The notes beneath the pieces were generated by a model. That model was not told the origin of the DNA. It ran no database searches and worked only from the letters and a program-made list of their open reading frames with translations. Shown here one piece after another: positions 24,501-36,500 of a DNA stretch of 60,309 bases. Source of the DNA: Aplysia californica (Eukaryota); assembly GCF_000002075.1 (NCBI RefSeq), contig NW_004797307.1, positions 2,047,934-2,108,242 of the forward strand. The letters are read 5' to 3'. The position numbers were made by a program, and so were the translations under genes. How positions within the stretch are numbered: position 1 is the first letter of the stretch; each line of letters starts with the position of its first letter.

Positions 24501-27500
24501 NNNNNNNNNNNNNNNNNNNNNNNNNNNNNNNNNNNNNNNNNNNNNNNNNNNNNNNNNNNNNNNNNNNNNNNNNNNNNNNNNNNNNNNNNNNNNNNNNNNN
24601 NNNNNNNNNNNNNNNNNNNNNNNNNNNNNNNNNNNNNNNNNNNNNNNNNNNNNNNNNNNNNNNNNNNNNNNNNNNNNNNNNNNNNNNNNNNNNNNNNNNN
24701 NNNNNNNNNNNNNNNNNNNNNNNNNNNNNNNNNNNNNNNNNNNNNNNNNNNNNNNNNNNNNNNNNNNNNNNNNNNNNNNNNNNNNNNNNNNNNNNNNNNN
24801 NNNNNNNNNNNNNNNNNNNNNNNNNNNNNNNNNNNNNNNNNNNNNNNNNNNNNNNNNNNNNNNNNNNNNNNNNNNNNNNNNNNNNNNNNNNNNNNNNNNN
24901 NNNNNNNNNNNNNNNNNNNNNNNNNNNNNNNNNNNNNNNNNNNNNNNNNNNNNNNNNNNNNNNNNNNNNNNNNNNNNNNCGCACAGTACAGAATCTTCCA
25001 ACCACGGCGGTGAATTTATGCTTGGTGTATAAATAAAGATGCACTAATAGTTTAACAATGCAAATATGTCAGTCCATTCTTTACCAAAAAAATATGGGAG
25101 ATGTACACCCACACTACGAAGCACATTTTGTTTCATGCAATTCATCATCTGATGTCCCTCTAGCTGTGTAATTAAAAAAATATTCAGCTTTATAAAAAGA
25201 AAGAAAGAAAAAAAGACAGACAGACAGAAAGAAAGACGGACAGAAAGTAAGAAAAAAAAAAGAAAGGGGGAAAGAGGAAGGAAAGAGAGCAAAAAATTAA
25301 TATTCACTTCCAACCCTCCCACACACCACACACACCTGCACACACATACATACACACACACACGCGCGCGCGCGCGCATAAACGCACCTACACAAACACA
25401 CAAACTGACCTGTGCCGGCAATACCACTCTTCTCGAGCCCGTATGTGGGCTCCACGGACTGGCCGTCCTTGCTGGCGTTGAGGACAGTCTTTGTGTGAGC
25501 ATCCACGATAGAGGGGGGGACCTCGTCCTTCATCTTGGAGAACTCCTCTGCAGGGACAACAGGGAAACACAGGTAACTTTTTCCAACAAACAGGGAAACA
25601 GAGGTCACTTTTTTCCAACAAACAGGGAAACAGAGGTCACTTTTTTCCAACAAACAGGGAAACATTTTTTTAAAATTTATAGTAGAGGGTTTTACAGCGC
25701 TCGCAACTGCATAAAGTCATATGAGCGCCAAAGAAGTCTTGACAGGGAATCAGACTTATTCTGCTCACCTCTCTAGCTTCAACAGCACAAGGTCTGCTTC
25801 GACTATCAAGGCACCCCGGGAATAGCAGGTCACAAGAGAGTGACAAACATACAAAAGAAGTAGAGGAAAATGACAATAGTAAGGATTAAGAAAGAAAAAG
25901 CAGCAGTTCCCTGTTGTAGATCAGGCACAGTTATGAGCGTGACATGAATCAGCCCATTTACAATTCTACTGAGCTTGAACCAGAAATGTCCCCCCTTTGG
26001 GAATGGCCTAAAGAAACTTCAGTCAGTGGCACCACCCCGGGGGGGGGGGGGGGGGGGGGAGACAGGGAAACAGAGGTAACTTTTTCCAACAAACAGGGAA
26101 AAACTGATTACATTTTGAAAAAGAAACATAGTATATTTTCTAATAAACAGGGAAACTGAAAATTCATTTTAGAAAAAAACACGGAAACTGATTTCATTTT
26201 GCCATAAACATGGAAACAGATTACATAGCATAACAAACCATTCTTGGGTAAGTGAAAGGTGGAAACATAAATCATAATTTTTTAAAAACAAATGAACATG
26301 ATACAAATATTTCCCAATTTAGTAACTTTACAATATCATCAATGACTAAAATTATTTTCAGTGACCACTACAATAACTCATTATCAATATCAAATATCTA
26401 TTGACACTGAATTTGTTTCAAAAGAGTAAGACTCCAAGCACACCAGGCATCAATATTCTAACAAGCACTCTAACTTACTCAACCAGTCATGCCAACTTTC
26501 TAAAACTTCAATCACAGAAACCTATAATTATAACATCAGATTACATACCAACAAACAATATTACATCAAGACGGACCGGTTTTGGTTTAGTATATTATTA
26601 TAATATAATGTCCTCCCATCAAATTCACAGTGGCCAAATTCGTGACAGTCCCGGAAGATCCTGGACAGTTCGCTACCCTAAAATTACAAAGTTCTATCTA
26701 CCAGTACCTCGTTTTGAATATCTTGGTAACGACTCAAAGTAATCTTACGATTTTGAAAGAGCAGCTAGAACATTTGTGAGGCAGCGTGGTGGAATCAGGC
26801 TCTCGTCAATTTTTGGGCATGTAGAGTTATTGGTATTATCTTAAAGCTTGTTCACTTGTTTTTATTTGTATGAAAAAAATATCCAATTTATCTTGAATAC
26901 AAGTCGAGATATTTGCTAAAGAAGGAGGTGGGGGTCACCTGTTTTCAGAGGTAAAATTAGTGAGAAAATGGCTGCCAAAGATTAGTTATTTCCTTCGCTT
27001 AAGAGTCCGTGGTGACTGAAAATTTACATTTTTGTGCCTTTAATCAAGAAATGAGTTCTTTAATGTGCATGAAAAGTGTTGAGCCAAAAAACAAAAATTT
27101 GATAAAAATTCACAAACCTGCGGAAAAATGCAAGTTTCTTCACTTTGATTATTTTGACGAGAGCCTGATTCCACCACGCTGCCTCACATTTGGTTTCTGA
27201 CCTCATAGCCTTACTAAGTCAAAACAGCCAAAAATATCAAGATAGAACTTCGCATTCTACGGTAGCGAGTTGGCACGCCTGCAGAACACCAGGACACTCA
27301 CCCATGGCAGCTTTAGCGGCCGCACTGGCCACCCGGGGGTCAACGATGGAGGCCAGGAACGCCACGGTGGACATGATGGGGTTGCCCGTCTTGGAGAAGG
27401 GCACTGGCTGGTACACCAGGGGACCTGGACACACACACATAAAACAAACAAAAAAACATTAGTTTTAGTTAGAGATTTACACGACACTTGCAACACAATA

Positions 27501-30500
27501 AGGTCATATAGTGCCGAAGATTAGTTTAGTTTTAGTAAGAGTTGTTTTTGGGCACTCGCAACCCAATAAGGTCATTTTAGTTCCGAAGATTAGAGGTGTT
27601 ACAAGACAGTAACAAACACAAAAAAGGAGGGGAGATGAAGACGATAGATGTTTGATAATGATAAGAAAGAAGGAGCAAACCATACCAGAGCACCCGCCAA
27701 CCTTCCATCACAAAAGAGTGTCAGCATGATCAAGACATGAAAAGGAATTTAAACAAAGAGAAGTTGATTACACAACAGCAGCTTTTTCGTGCAGGGAGAA
27801 ACACCATTTTTTGGGTTTCATTTAGTTGGAAGGAGCTGCTGGTCTTATTTTTCTTTCCCTCTGTTGTATTTGTCTGACTGTCTTGTGCTTTGTAAGAACT
27901 GAATGACTGTTATCTTGTTGATGTGCTGCTTCTCTTTACTCAAAATAAATGATCAGAAAAAGAAAACAGAAACACTACAGCACCCTCCAACCATCCAGAC
28001 ATGATAGTTTTCTCATTATCATTCCAGGAAAAAATGACAAACATAAGAGTTATTAGAAAAAGAATGCAACAAAAGAATTTATACACGTACACATATGGAA
28101 ATAAAACTGAAATAATAAATGTACAATTCAGCATTATCACAAGGACCAACAAATCTCACCCAATATAGCTTTAGTAGAGGTTTTACAACGCTCGCAACTG
28201 CATAAGGTCATATGAGCACCAGAAGATTAGAGGTGTAACAAGAGAGTAACCAACATAAAAAAGAAGAAGGGGAGACAAGGAGAATAGATGTTTGACAGGA
28301 AAGAAGAAGCAAACCACACCAGAGCATCCGCCAACCACCCACAAATCTCACCCAGATGTCCGTCGTCCTCCTCCATGAACGGGTCCTCGATGGGCAGGCG
28401 CAGGAAGTGCAGGATACACTCGTCCTGCGTGCGGCTGCCCACGTGCTCGCACACCTTGTTCCAGTCATCCTTGTAGAGCTCCAGGGCCTCCAGCAGCAGC
28501 AGAGTCTCCTGGTCCGACCACTCGCGGCTACGCATGGACGGGTTCTTGTCCTGCACACACATCACACACAGTTTTGTTTTAGTAGAGGTTTTACGGCGCT
28601 CGCAACTGCATAAGGCACACAGTTTGAGTAAGAAATGTTTGTTAGAGTAAAGAGAAGCTCATAGACACGGTAATGGTTTATTTGTCTGTTTGAATAAAAA
28701 GAAGCACATATTTAGTTTTAGTAAGAGTTTTAAAGCACTTGCAACACAATAAGGTCATATAAGTGCTGAAGATTAGAGCTGTTAGAAGGGAGTAACAAAC
28801 ACAAAAAAGAAGGAGGAGAGATAAAGATGATAGATGTTTGATAGGAAAGAAGGAGCAAACCACACCAGAGCACCCGTCAACCACCCACAGAAGCACATGA
28901 ACACAATGGCGGTTTGCTTGTTATGAGGAAACAGAAGCCCATCAACATAATAATTTGTTTTGTTTGAGTATGGAAGAAATTTTTTTTAGAAAAGCACTTC
29001 CACATGCCCCAACCACTCGCCATTTTGCAAGGAAAAGATTACCATATATACCCATGTACGAGACAGATTTTTACAAAATTTTTCTGTGTCTCTTTTTTCT
29101 AATCCCAAGCTAACTAGATCTCGATCGGCCTGTTTAAGACATGCGCCATGTAAAATAAGATTAACCAGTTATCTTAATTCCCCCACTAACAAGGTTTTAC
29201 AACATGCTCCAACTAAACTAAGATTCTAGTTTCATCTGAAGTCAACCCCTGTCTTGTGCATGTGAAATCAAATTCAGCATCACTTTCAGAGGGCAAAGTG
29301 TACTCTCATCTTATCTTAGAGTGTATATAGTACATACACAACACTATAGACACATGAAAAGTAAAAGAAGCAGACCACATCAACCAACAAATTGCAGCTG
29401 CAACTTTTCACCTCTCTGCACTACTGTCAACCCCGGCTGAGCAAATAACTGTCAAGACTTTATCCTGCAAACATAACAAGCCTCCCTCTCCCTTCTAGAC
29501 CTTAACGTCCACAACTTTTCGTATCATCTCTTGCCTTCATAGCTTTGCGTGTGTACATGTCCGTTTTAAGGCCAACGCTTCCGAGCTCTTTCTTGTCCTC
29601 GCCTTCCTTTTCCTTATCCTTCTTGTCGCTGAAGTCACAGATTTCTTGGGCAGCAGATGGCTGAAAGGAGAGACAAAGTTGTACATATGTGTCAAGGTAC
29701 AGTGGAATCAGGCTCTCGTCCGTTATTGGGCATAAGAAGTTCTATTTCTCCTTCATTAGAGAGCAAGATGTTTGATACCACTTTTGTCAGTCAAATTTGT
29801 CACACTGTTAATGGACACAGTAAGACATGTCATGGAGATGATGTGTTTCTTACATGCAATCATCAGAGGTGTAGACATAGAAGATAACAGTAGCCCAGTG
29901 GTTAGTGAGTCCTGGCTCACAATAATGTCAAGTGTCATTGACACAGCATTTAGGTTAGTCTTCACTAGGATGTGTCTTTGTTCTAGTTTTAGTAGAGGTC
30001 TTATGGCGCTCGCAACTGTATAAGGTCATATGAATGGCTGAAGATTAGAGGTGTTATAAGAGAGTAACAAACATAAAAAAGAAGAAGGGGAGATAAGGAC
30101 GATAGATGTTTTATAGGAAAGAAGGAGCAAACCACAACAGAGCACCCGCCAACCACCCATGATGTGTCTTTGAGCAAGACACAATCACCATAGTTCAAAA
30201 ACAGGGCACCGCACAGTCACGACCAGAAATAGCAAGATTACTGTGAGTAATAAAATGATATAAAACTACTATATTTCCACATTATAACTATTTAATCATT
30301 TTTACACTTAAGCTATAAACTATTTTCTTAATAAGCAGTGAACTGTATGGAAGCAACACTGATGTGTTATTGATTTAAGTGTGATATGAACTATGTTTTA
30401 ACCAAATCTCCCCACAGGGATCAGTTAAAGTGGAATTTATTTATTCATTTATTTATTCATTTATTTTACTTTATGACTCTGAACAAAGCACGTACCTGGT

Positions 30501-33500
30501 TGACCCGTGGTGGGTTGATGGATGTGATGCCGGATGGGGTGTCGGCCAGAATGTGGAAGTGTGAGGTGGACGGGGGTCCCATGGGAGTTGGGTGACTGTC
30601 CGCATCCACCTGGTAGTTGATCAGACCCCACTGCTCCAGGAACGCGTGCACTCTGACCGGGGGCAAGAATAAACCAAATGATAGAGAACGCTGCCTCGTT
30701 GATTTTTTACCTCATCAAAATCTAGACATAACATTGTTTTGTTTTAGTAACAGTTTTACAGCCCTTTTAACAAAAGTCATAAAAGTGCTGATAATTAGAG
30801 GTGATCCTACAGAGTTACATATAAAGAAAGGAAGGAATGAAAAGGACAATAGACATTTCATTGAAAAAAAGGAGAAAACCACACCAGAACAATCTCCAAC
30901 CACCCACACCTAATCAATTATCTTGAAGCAAAAAGCTCTGATCATGAATTTGGAGGGGAGGTGTTGAAATACAAAGTTCCTCGTATGAAGATGGTTTACA
31001 TTTCAACCACAACCCAGAATCAGGAAAGGGGACCACTCCTCCCCGCAGCCAGCAGATCATTTGCACTTAAGATCTTAATAGACATGCCTACCCATGAATA
31101 TGACTTAGACGATCATCAAGTGCAAAAATGAGGAACATGGGATGAAAATTAAGTGCAAAATAGCAAATGATGACTGGACTTGCATCATCTGACACTTTTT
31201 TTTTTTTTTCAAATTTCCAAACTCCAACAAAACAAAACTTCGCAAGCTTTTAAACAGCACTTCAAACTCACAACTATCAAGTGGACTCCCTCATAGGCAC
31301 AACAATGGCACAAAATAGAAGAAAAAAAAAAATAGGAAGAGTCTTCCCACTCTTCTTCACTACTAACAATAACACAGGGATGCCACTCAACTTTTTTGAA
31401 AATAGCTGAAAATCCACGGGCCAAGGTCTAGCTAACATATGAATATCAATTTGAAACTCAAAGGGTGTACATAGAGAGAAATGACAAACAAACAAAAACA
31501 ATGGGTGTACATAGAAAGAAATGACAAACATTTTTTTTTAAAAATAGATTAGATGTACTTAACATGACATAATCTTACCTCTCACTTTCATATTTTACGA
31601 AAGTTTGTGTGAGGGATTTTTTTATTTTTTTTAAAACTTTCTCTATCTCAATAACGGAATAGCGGACCAGAATCAAAATACCGCAAATACCTAAAAAAGA
31701 AAAAAAAGCCGAAAAGTGGCATCCCTGAAACATAACAGCAAGTAGGTCAAAGCATGCGGCACCGACACAAAGTCCTGGACGCCACAACCAAATCTCACCT
31801 CATGATACAGCACACATCACCAGCAAGGTTCCTCCTCACTGCGGTGGACGTCAGGTACTCAGTGGGGTTCAGTCGGTATGTGTCGATCATGAAGTTACGG
31901 TACGCTACGTATCTGGTGAGAGGGGGGGAATAAAAACATTTTTTTAAATGCTTGACTGACACTGTAAATATAAAAAGATGAGAAGTATTCAGGAAAATTG
32001 CTCTTAAAAACTTAGCAAATTTATATCTACTAAAGTCACGAAACTTCAAAGGCCACAAACTACTTCAGACTTCTGACTGGGAAGAGTAGAAAGAAGAGAG
32101 AGACTATTTATAGTTGATCGGGAAGATAGGAAAAAAAGGATAGAACATGGGATTTTCTCGTAAAACTCATGAAACACAGAAAACAGCGAGCCAGTCTGTT
32201 TTAAGTATAATTCCACCCAGAAGAGAATGAGGGGGGCAGCCTCAGCCAAACTTTAAAGCATAGAGCAAAGCACAGCAAAAGAAGAAGCAAGCATAGCATA
32301 AGACAAAGCTATCAACAGCAAAAGAAGAAGCAAGCATAGCATAAGACAAAGCTATCCACAGCAAAAGAAGAAGCAAACCACAGCAATCTAATAGAGCAAA
32401 GCACAGCAAAAGAAGAAGCAAGCACAGCATAAGACAAAGCTATCCACAGCAAAAGAAGAAGCAAACTATAGCAATCTAATGGAGCAAAGTACAGAAAAAA
32501 AGAAGAAAAAAAAAGCACAGAAAACGAAGAAGCACAGTAGAGCAAAAGAAGGAGGAAANNNNNNNNNNNNNNNNNNNNNNNNNNNNNNNNNNNNNNNNNN
32601 NNNNNNNNNNNNNNNNNNNNNNNNNNNNNNNNNNNNNNNNNNNNNNNNNNNNNNNNNNNNNNNNNNNNNNNNNNNNNNNNNNNNNNNNNNNNNNNNNNNN
32701 NNNNNNNNNNNNNNNNNNNNNNNNNNNNNNNNNNNNNNNNNNNNNNNNNNNNNNNNNNNNNNNNNNNNNNNNNNNNNNNNNNNNNNNNNNNNNNNNNNNN
32801 NNNNNNNNNNNNNNNNNNNNNNNNNNNNNNNNNNNNNNNNNNNNNNNNNNNNNNNNNNNNNNNNNNNNNNNNNNNNNNNNNNNNNNNNNNNNNNNNNNNN
32901 NNNNNNNNNNNNNNNNNNNNNNNNNNNNNNNNNNNNNNNNNNNNNNNNNNNNNNNNNNNNNNNNNNNNNNNNNNNNNNNNNNNNNNNNNNNNNNNNNNNN
33001 NNNNNNNNNNNNNNNNNNNNNNNNNNNNNNNNNNNNNNNNNNNNNNNNNNNNNNNNNNNNNNNNNNNNNNNNNNNNNNNNNNNNNNNNNNNNNNNNNNNN
33101 NNNNNNNNNNNNNNNNNNNNNNNNNNNNNNNNNNNNNNNNNNNNNNNNNNNNNNNNNNNNNNNNNNNNNNNNNNNNNNNNNNNNNNNNNNNNNNNNNNNN
33201 NNNNNNNNNNNNNNNNNNNNNNNNNNNNNNNNNNNNNNNNNNNNNNNNNNNNNNNNNNNCCCCTCCCCCCACACACACACACAACACCTACCACCTTAAT
33301 GTGCCACATTGTATGTATACTCACCCGTTCACCCTGTTCCTCGTCTAAATCCATGATGGTTCCTCCTTTGATCGGTGTAAACTCGTCTTTGCCACTGCGC
33401 GAGGAAGTGCCTGAAGATTGTCATATATAGAATATTCTGATTTTGTTCTTGGAGGAGCCTCTGTCAGTCTCGAAACTTTTTCTCCGTGTAAAGAATTTTA

Positions 33501-36500
33501 CCCACCCTTCTCAAGATACATTATGCCCTTCTCTGTAGTAAAGTTCACCATCTCTGAAGCTTTGAATGCTCATAATCGTATCTGATATTTTGATGCCACT
33601 CAGTTATTTTGAGTAAAGAAAAGATTTTTAAAATTGACAGCAAATGTGGTTGACTTTTTTCAACCCATAAAGACAAATAACTTCCCAAGTTACTTCACTC
33701 AGCAGACAGTGCTAGAACTATCGGTAATAAGTAGTTGGAAACATTCAAGGCAACCTTTCTGATGTACATGTTGGGTTTTTTGTGGTTGTTATTTTTTGTG
33801 TGTTTTACGGCACTTGCAACTGCATAAGGTCATATGAGCGCGGGGGACACACGAAACATTTTTAATTGGTAGGATATTTGTATTTTGATAAGGTGGCGGC
33901 CGAAGCCTACTCTGATCAATTTTGGACTAACAAGGGATCTTTAACGTGCACAACTTGCACTCGGGACCTCCGAGATTTTTCGCCCTCGTCCGAGAAGGCT
34001 AGGTGTAAATCTTTCCTACCAGAAGATCAGGGGTGTGGCTGTGTGGCTGAAAGACAGCAGTAAGAAGGAGCCAAGGAGTAGCAGTAGAAAGGCTGCAGAA
34101 AGAGTCAGGAGCCCAGTGAAGGGGGCAAAGGAGGTGAGGGGACAGGGGAAGAAAGTGGAGACGAAAGCAGATGACAGAATATTGCAAGAGAGAAGGAAAG
34201 AAGGTGAAAGGAGACAATTTTAGAGAAGAAAATTTCTCTGTCACTGCCCAGATTCGAACCTGAGACCTTTGAATGAGAGGCGAACACCTTAACCCCTGGG
34301 CCATCAGAGTCCCCAATGTAAATGTTGGTTTGGGATAACAATCCTAATGCTTCGATGCCTCCACATGGCTACAGCATCCCCCCCCCCCCCCCACACACAC
34401 ACACACACATATGACACATAGAACTATAGCAAACAAGTAGTTGAACACATTCCAAGCTACCTCTCAGACGTACACAAATTTGGGAGAACATATCACAATG
34501 TCTCCACTATAACATAATAAAAATATCATATAGATCTAGTAATGGAAAGTTGTGCTGAGCACAAACCGAGCCCGACAAAACTATGTCAGGATAGGATGTA
34601 CAAGTGCGCATACGAAGACGCGCGCGCACACACACACACATAAATCGCAACACTTCCAGAGGAGTAATCACCTGTCTTGGGGTTGTGGACCTCCTGGATG
34701 TTTGTCTCGGGCACGGGGTCCTCCATGTCTTTGGTGCTGTCCTCCTCTTCCTCCTCCCATTTGCGCTTCTTGCTGGCCCCTATTGCCGCTGCCCGCGAGC
34801 TGACAGAAAAAAAACAACGAAGCAAGCGTACAGTCAGTTTAAGCTTTAATAAGTGTTTTTTGTCACTTGCGACACAATTACAGAAACATATATAGGTGCT
34901 GAAGAATAGAGGTACTCCAGGAGAGTGACATACAAAAAAAAGGGAGAACTAATTGTTTCATTGGGAGGACTTCCGTAACGAGCAATCACTATGAGACAGA
35001 GTAGAACAGAGGGCTAGGGGTAGTTCTCTTCTTCTTTACTGTGTTTGTTGGGTTGGTCGCTCGTTACGGAAGTCCTTCCGTTTCATTATTTCAATAACAA
35101 TTTATTTGAACCCAGCGATGCTATGAAAACCCCCCCCAAAAAATGAAACTACAGGAGTCTCAGCACTCAATGATATCTAAATTATTTTAGGATCTCATCG
35201 GCTGAGAAAATCATGGTATAGTGAAAACAATATCACGATCAACAATAAAATGGGCCACTTAACCTTTTAAATGACATACAATATGTAGTAATTTGCAACT
35301 ACATAACCTCATATAAATTTTTAAAAACAAATTAAGCATATATCCCCCCTCCCCCCACCATCAACCTACCCCCTGGCAAGCACCTCCAAATGCATAGGGC
35401 TCAGCATTATGAGGGTTTCAGCCCACTTTTTTCTCACAGATCAGCCAATTTCCATCACCATTGCAGCTCACAAAATTTTATCAGCACTAGCTAATACTCC
35501 AAGAAATAAGTAGGCACAGAAAGATATAATCAGAAGAACATCCACTTGAATCAACAACCACTGAAAAGTTACATTAAAAAACAAAAACGCTTCCAAAGTA
35601 AAAACAACAAAAGTGGACATGAAAATGCCACTGGCAAAAACCCAAACTGAAACAAATCCAACTTGAAACAGAAACATAAACAAGAGTTGGGGTTCTTTTT
35701 GTCCCTCTCTTTTGTTCTGCAGTATCAAGTTCCCCAAGTTTGCATGAGGGAGAACAAGCCCAAAGTGAACTGTGTTTACCTTTTCAACTGCAATCTCAGT
35801 GAACTGAAAGTAAGAAAAATTATCAAATTGTGTCTGCTCATTCCTTGTAATGTGAACAGGGTCTGTCTGCCTTCTGGATCCCCCACCTCCCCCCTTCAAG
35901 GTAACTGAACTTGTTTTCTTCCATTTAAAAAAAATTGTGTATTTCAATAAAGTGAGATAATTTTTGCAGAAGTGTACAGTACGGGGGATTACAAAAGAGA
36001 ATTACAAAAGAGAAAAACAAAAGAGATAGGAGAAAGTTGCTTGTATTGGGTAGTGATATTCTGATAATTCCCTCACATAAAGGAATGAAGTCATCAGTGT
36101 CGTGCCAAAAAGACCGGCCACGAGGATAAGTCGTATCAAAGGGGTGGGGTGAAAAAAATAATAAAAAGTTCAAGTCAAAAAGAGACTTCAAGAAAAGCTT
36201 TTCATTAGTCACAGAACTGACTGAAGACAAAAGGAAACTGTAATCAAAATTGCACTCTTTCACAAAAGCAAGCCATTTGTGTCATGGAGATTAACACCAT
36301 TTGTGTCATGGAGATTAACACAATTTGTGTCATGGAGATTAACACAATTTGTGTCATGGAGATTAACACCATTTGTGCTATGGAGATTAAAACCATTTGT
36401 GTCATGGAGATTAACACCATTTGTGCCATGGAGTTTTAACACTTCACTCTCTATCAGACGTCTCTTTCTTCCCGCGACGCCCAAAAGGGTATAAGCGGCG

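Noticed and set aside
36273-36441. CRISPR-like array (also 12672-12780)
   Set aside because: Contiguous tandem units without unique spacers, in eukaryotic non-coding DNA.
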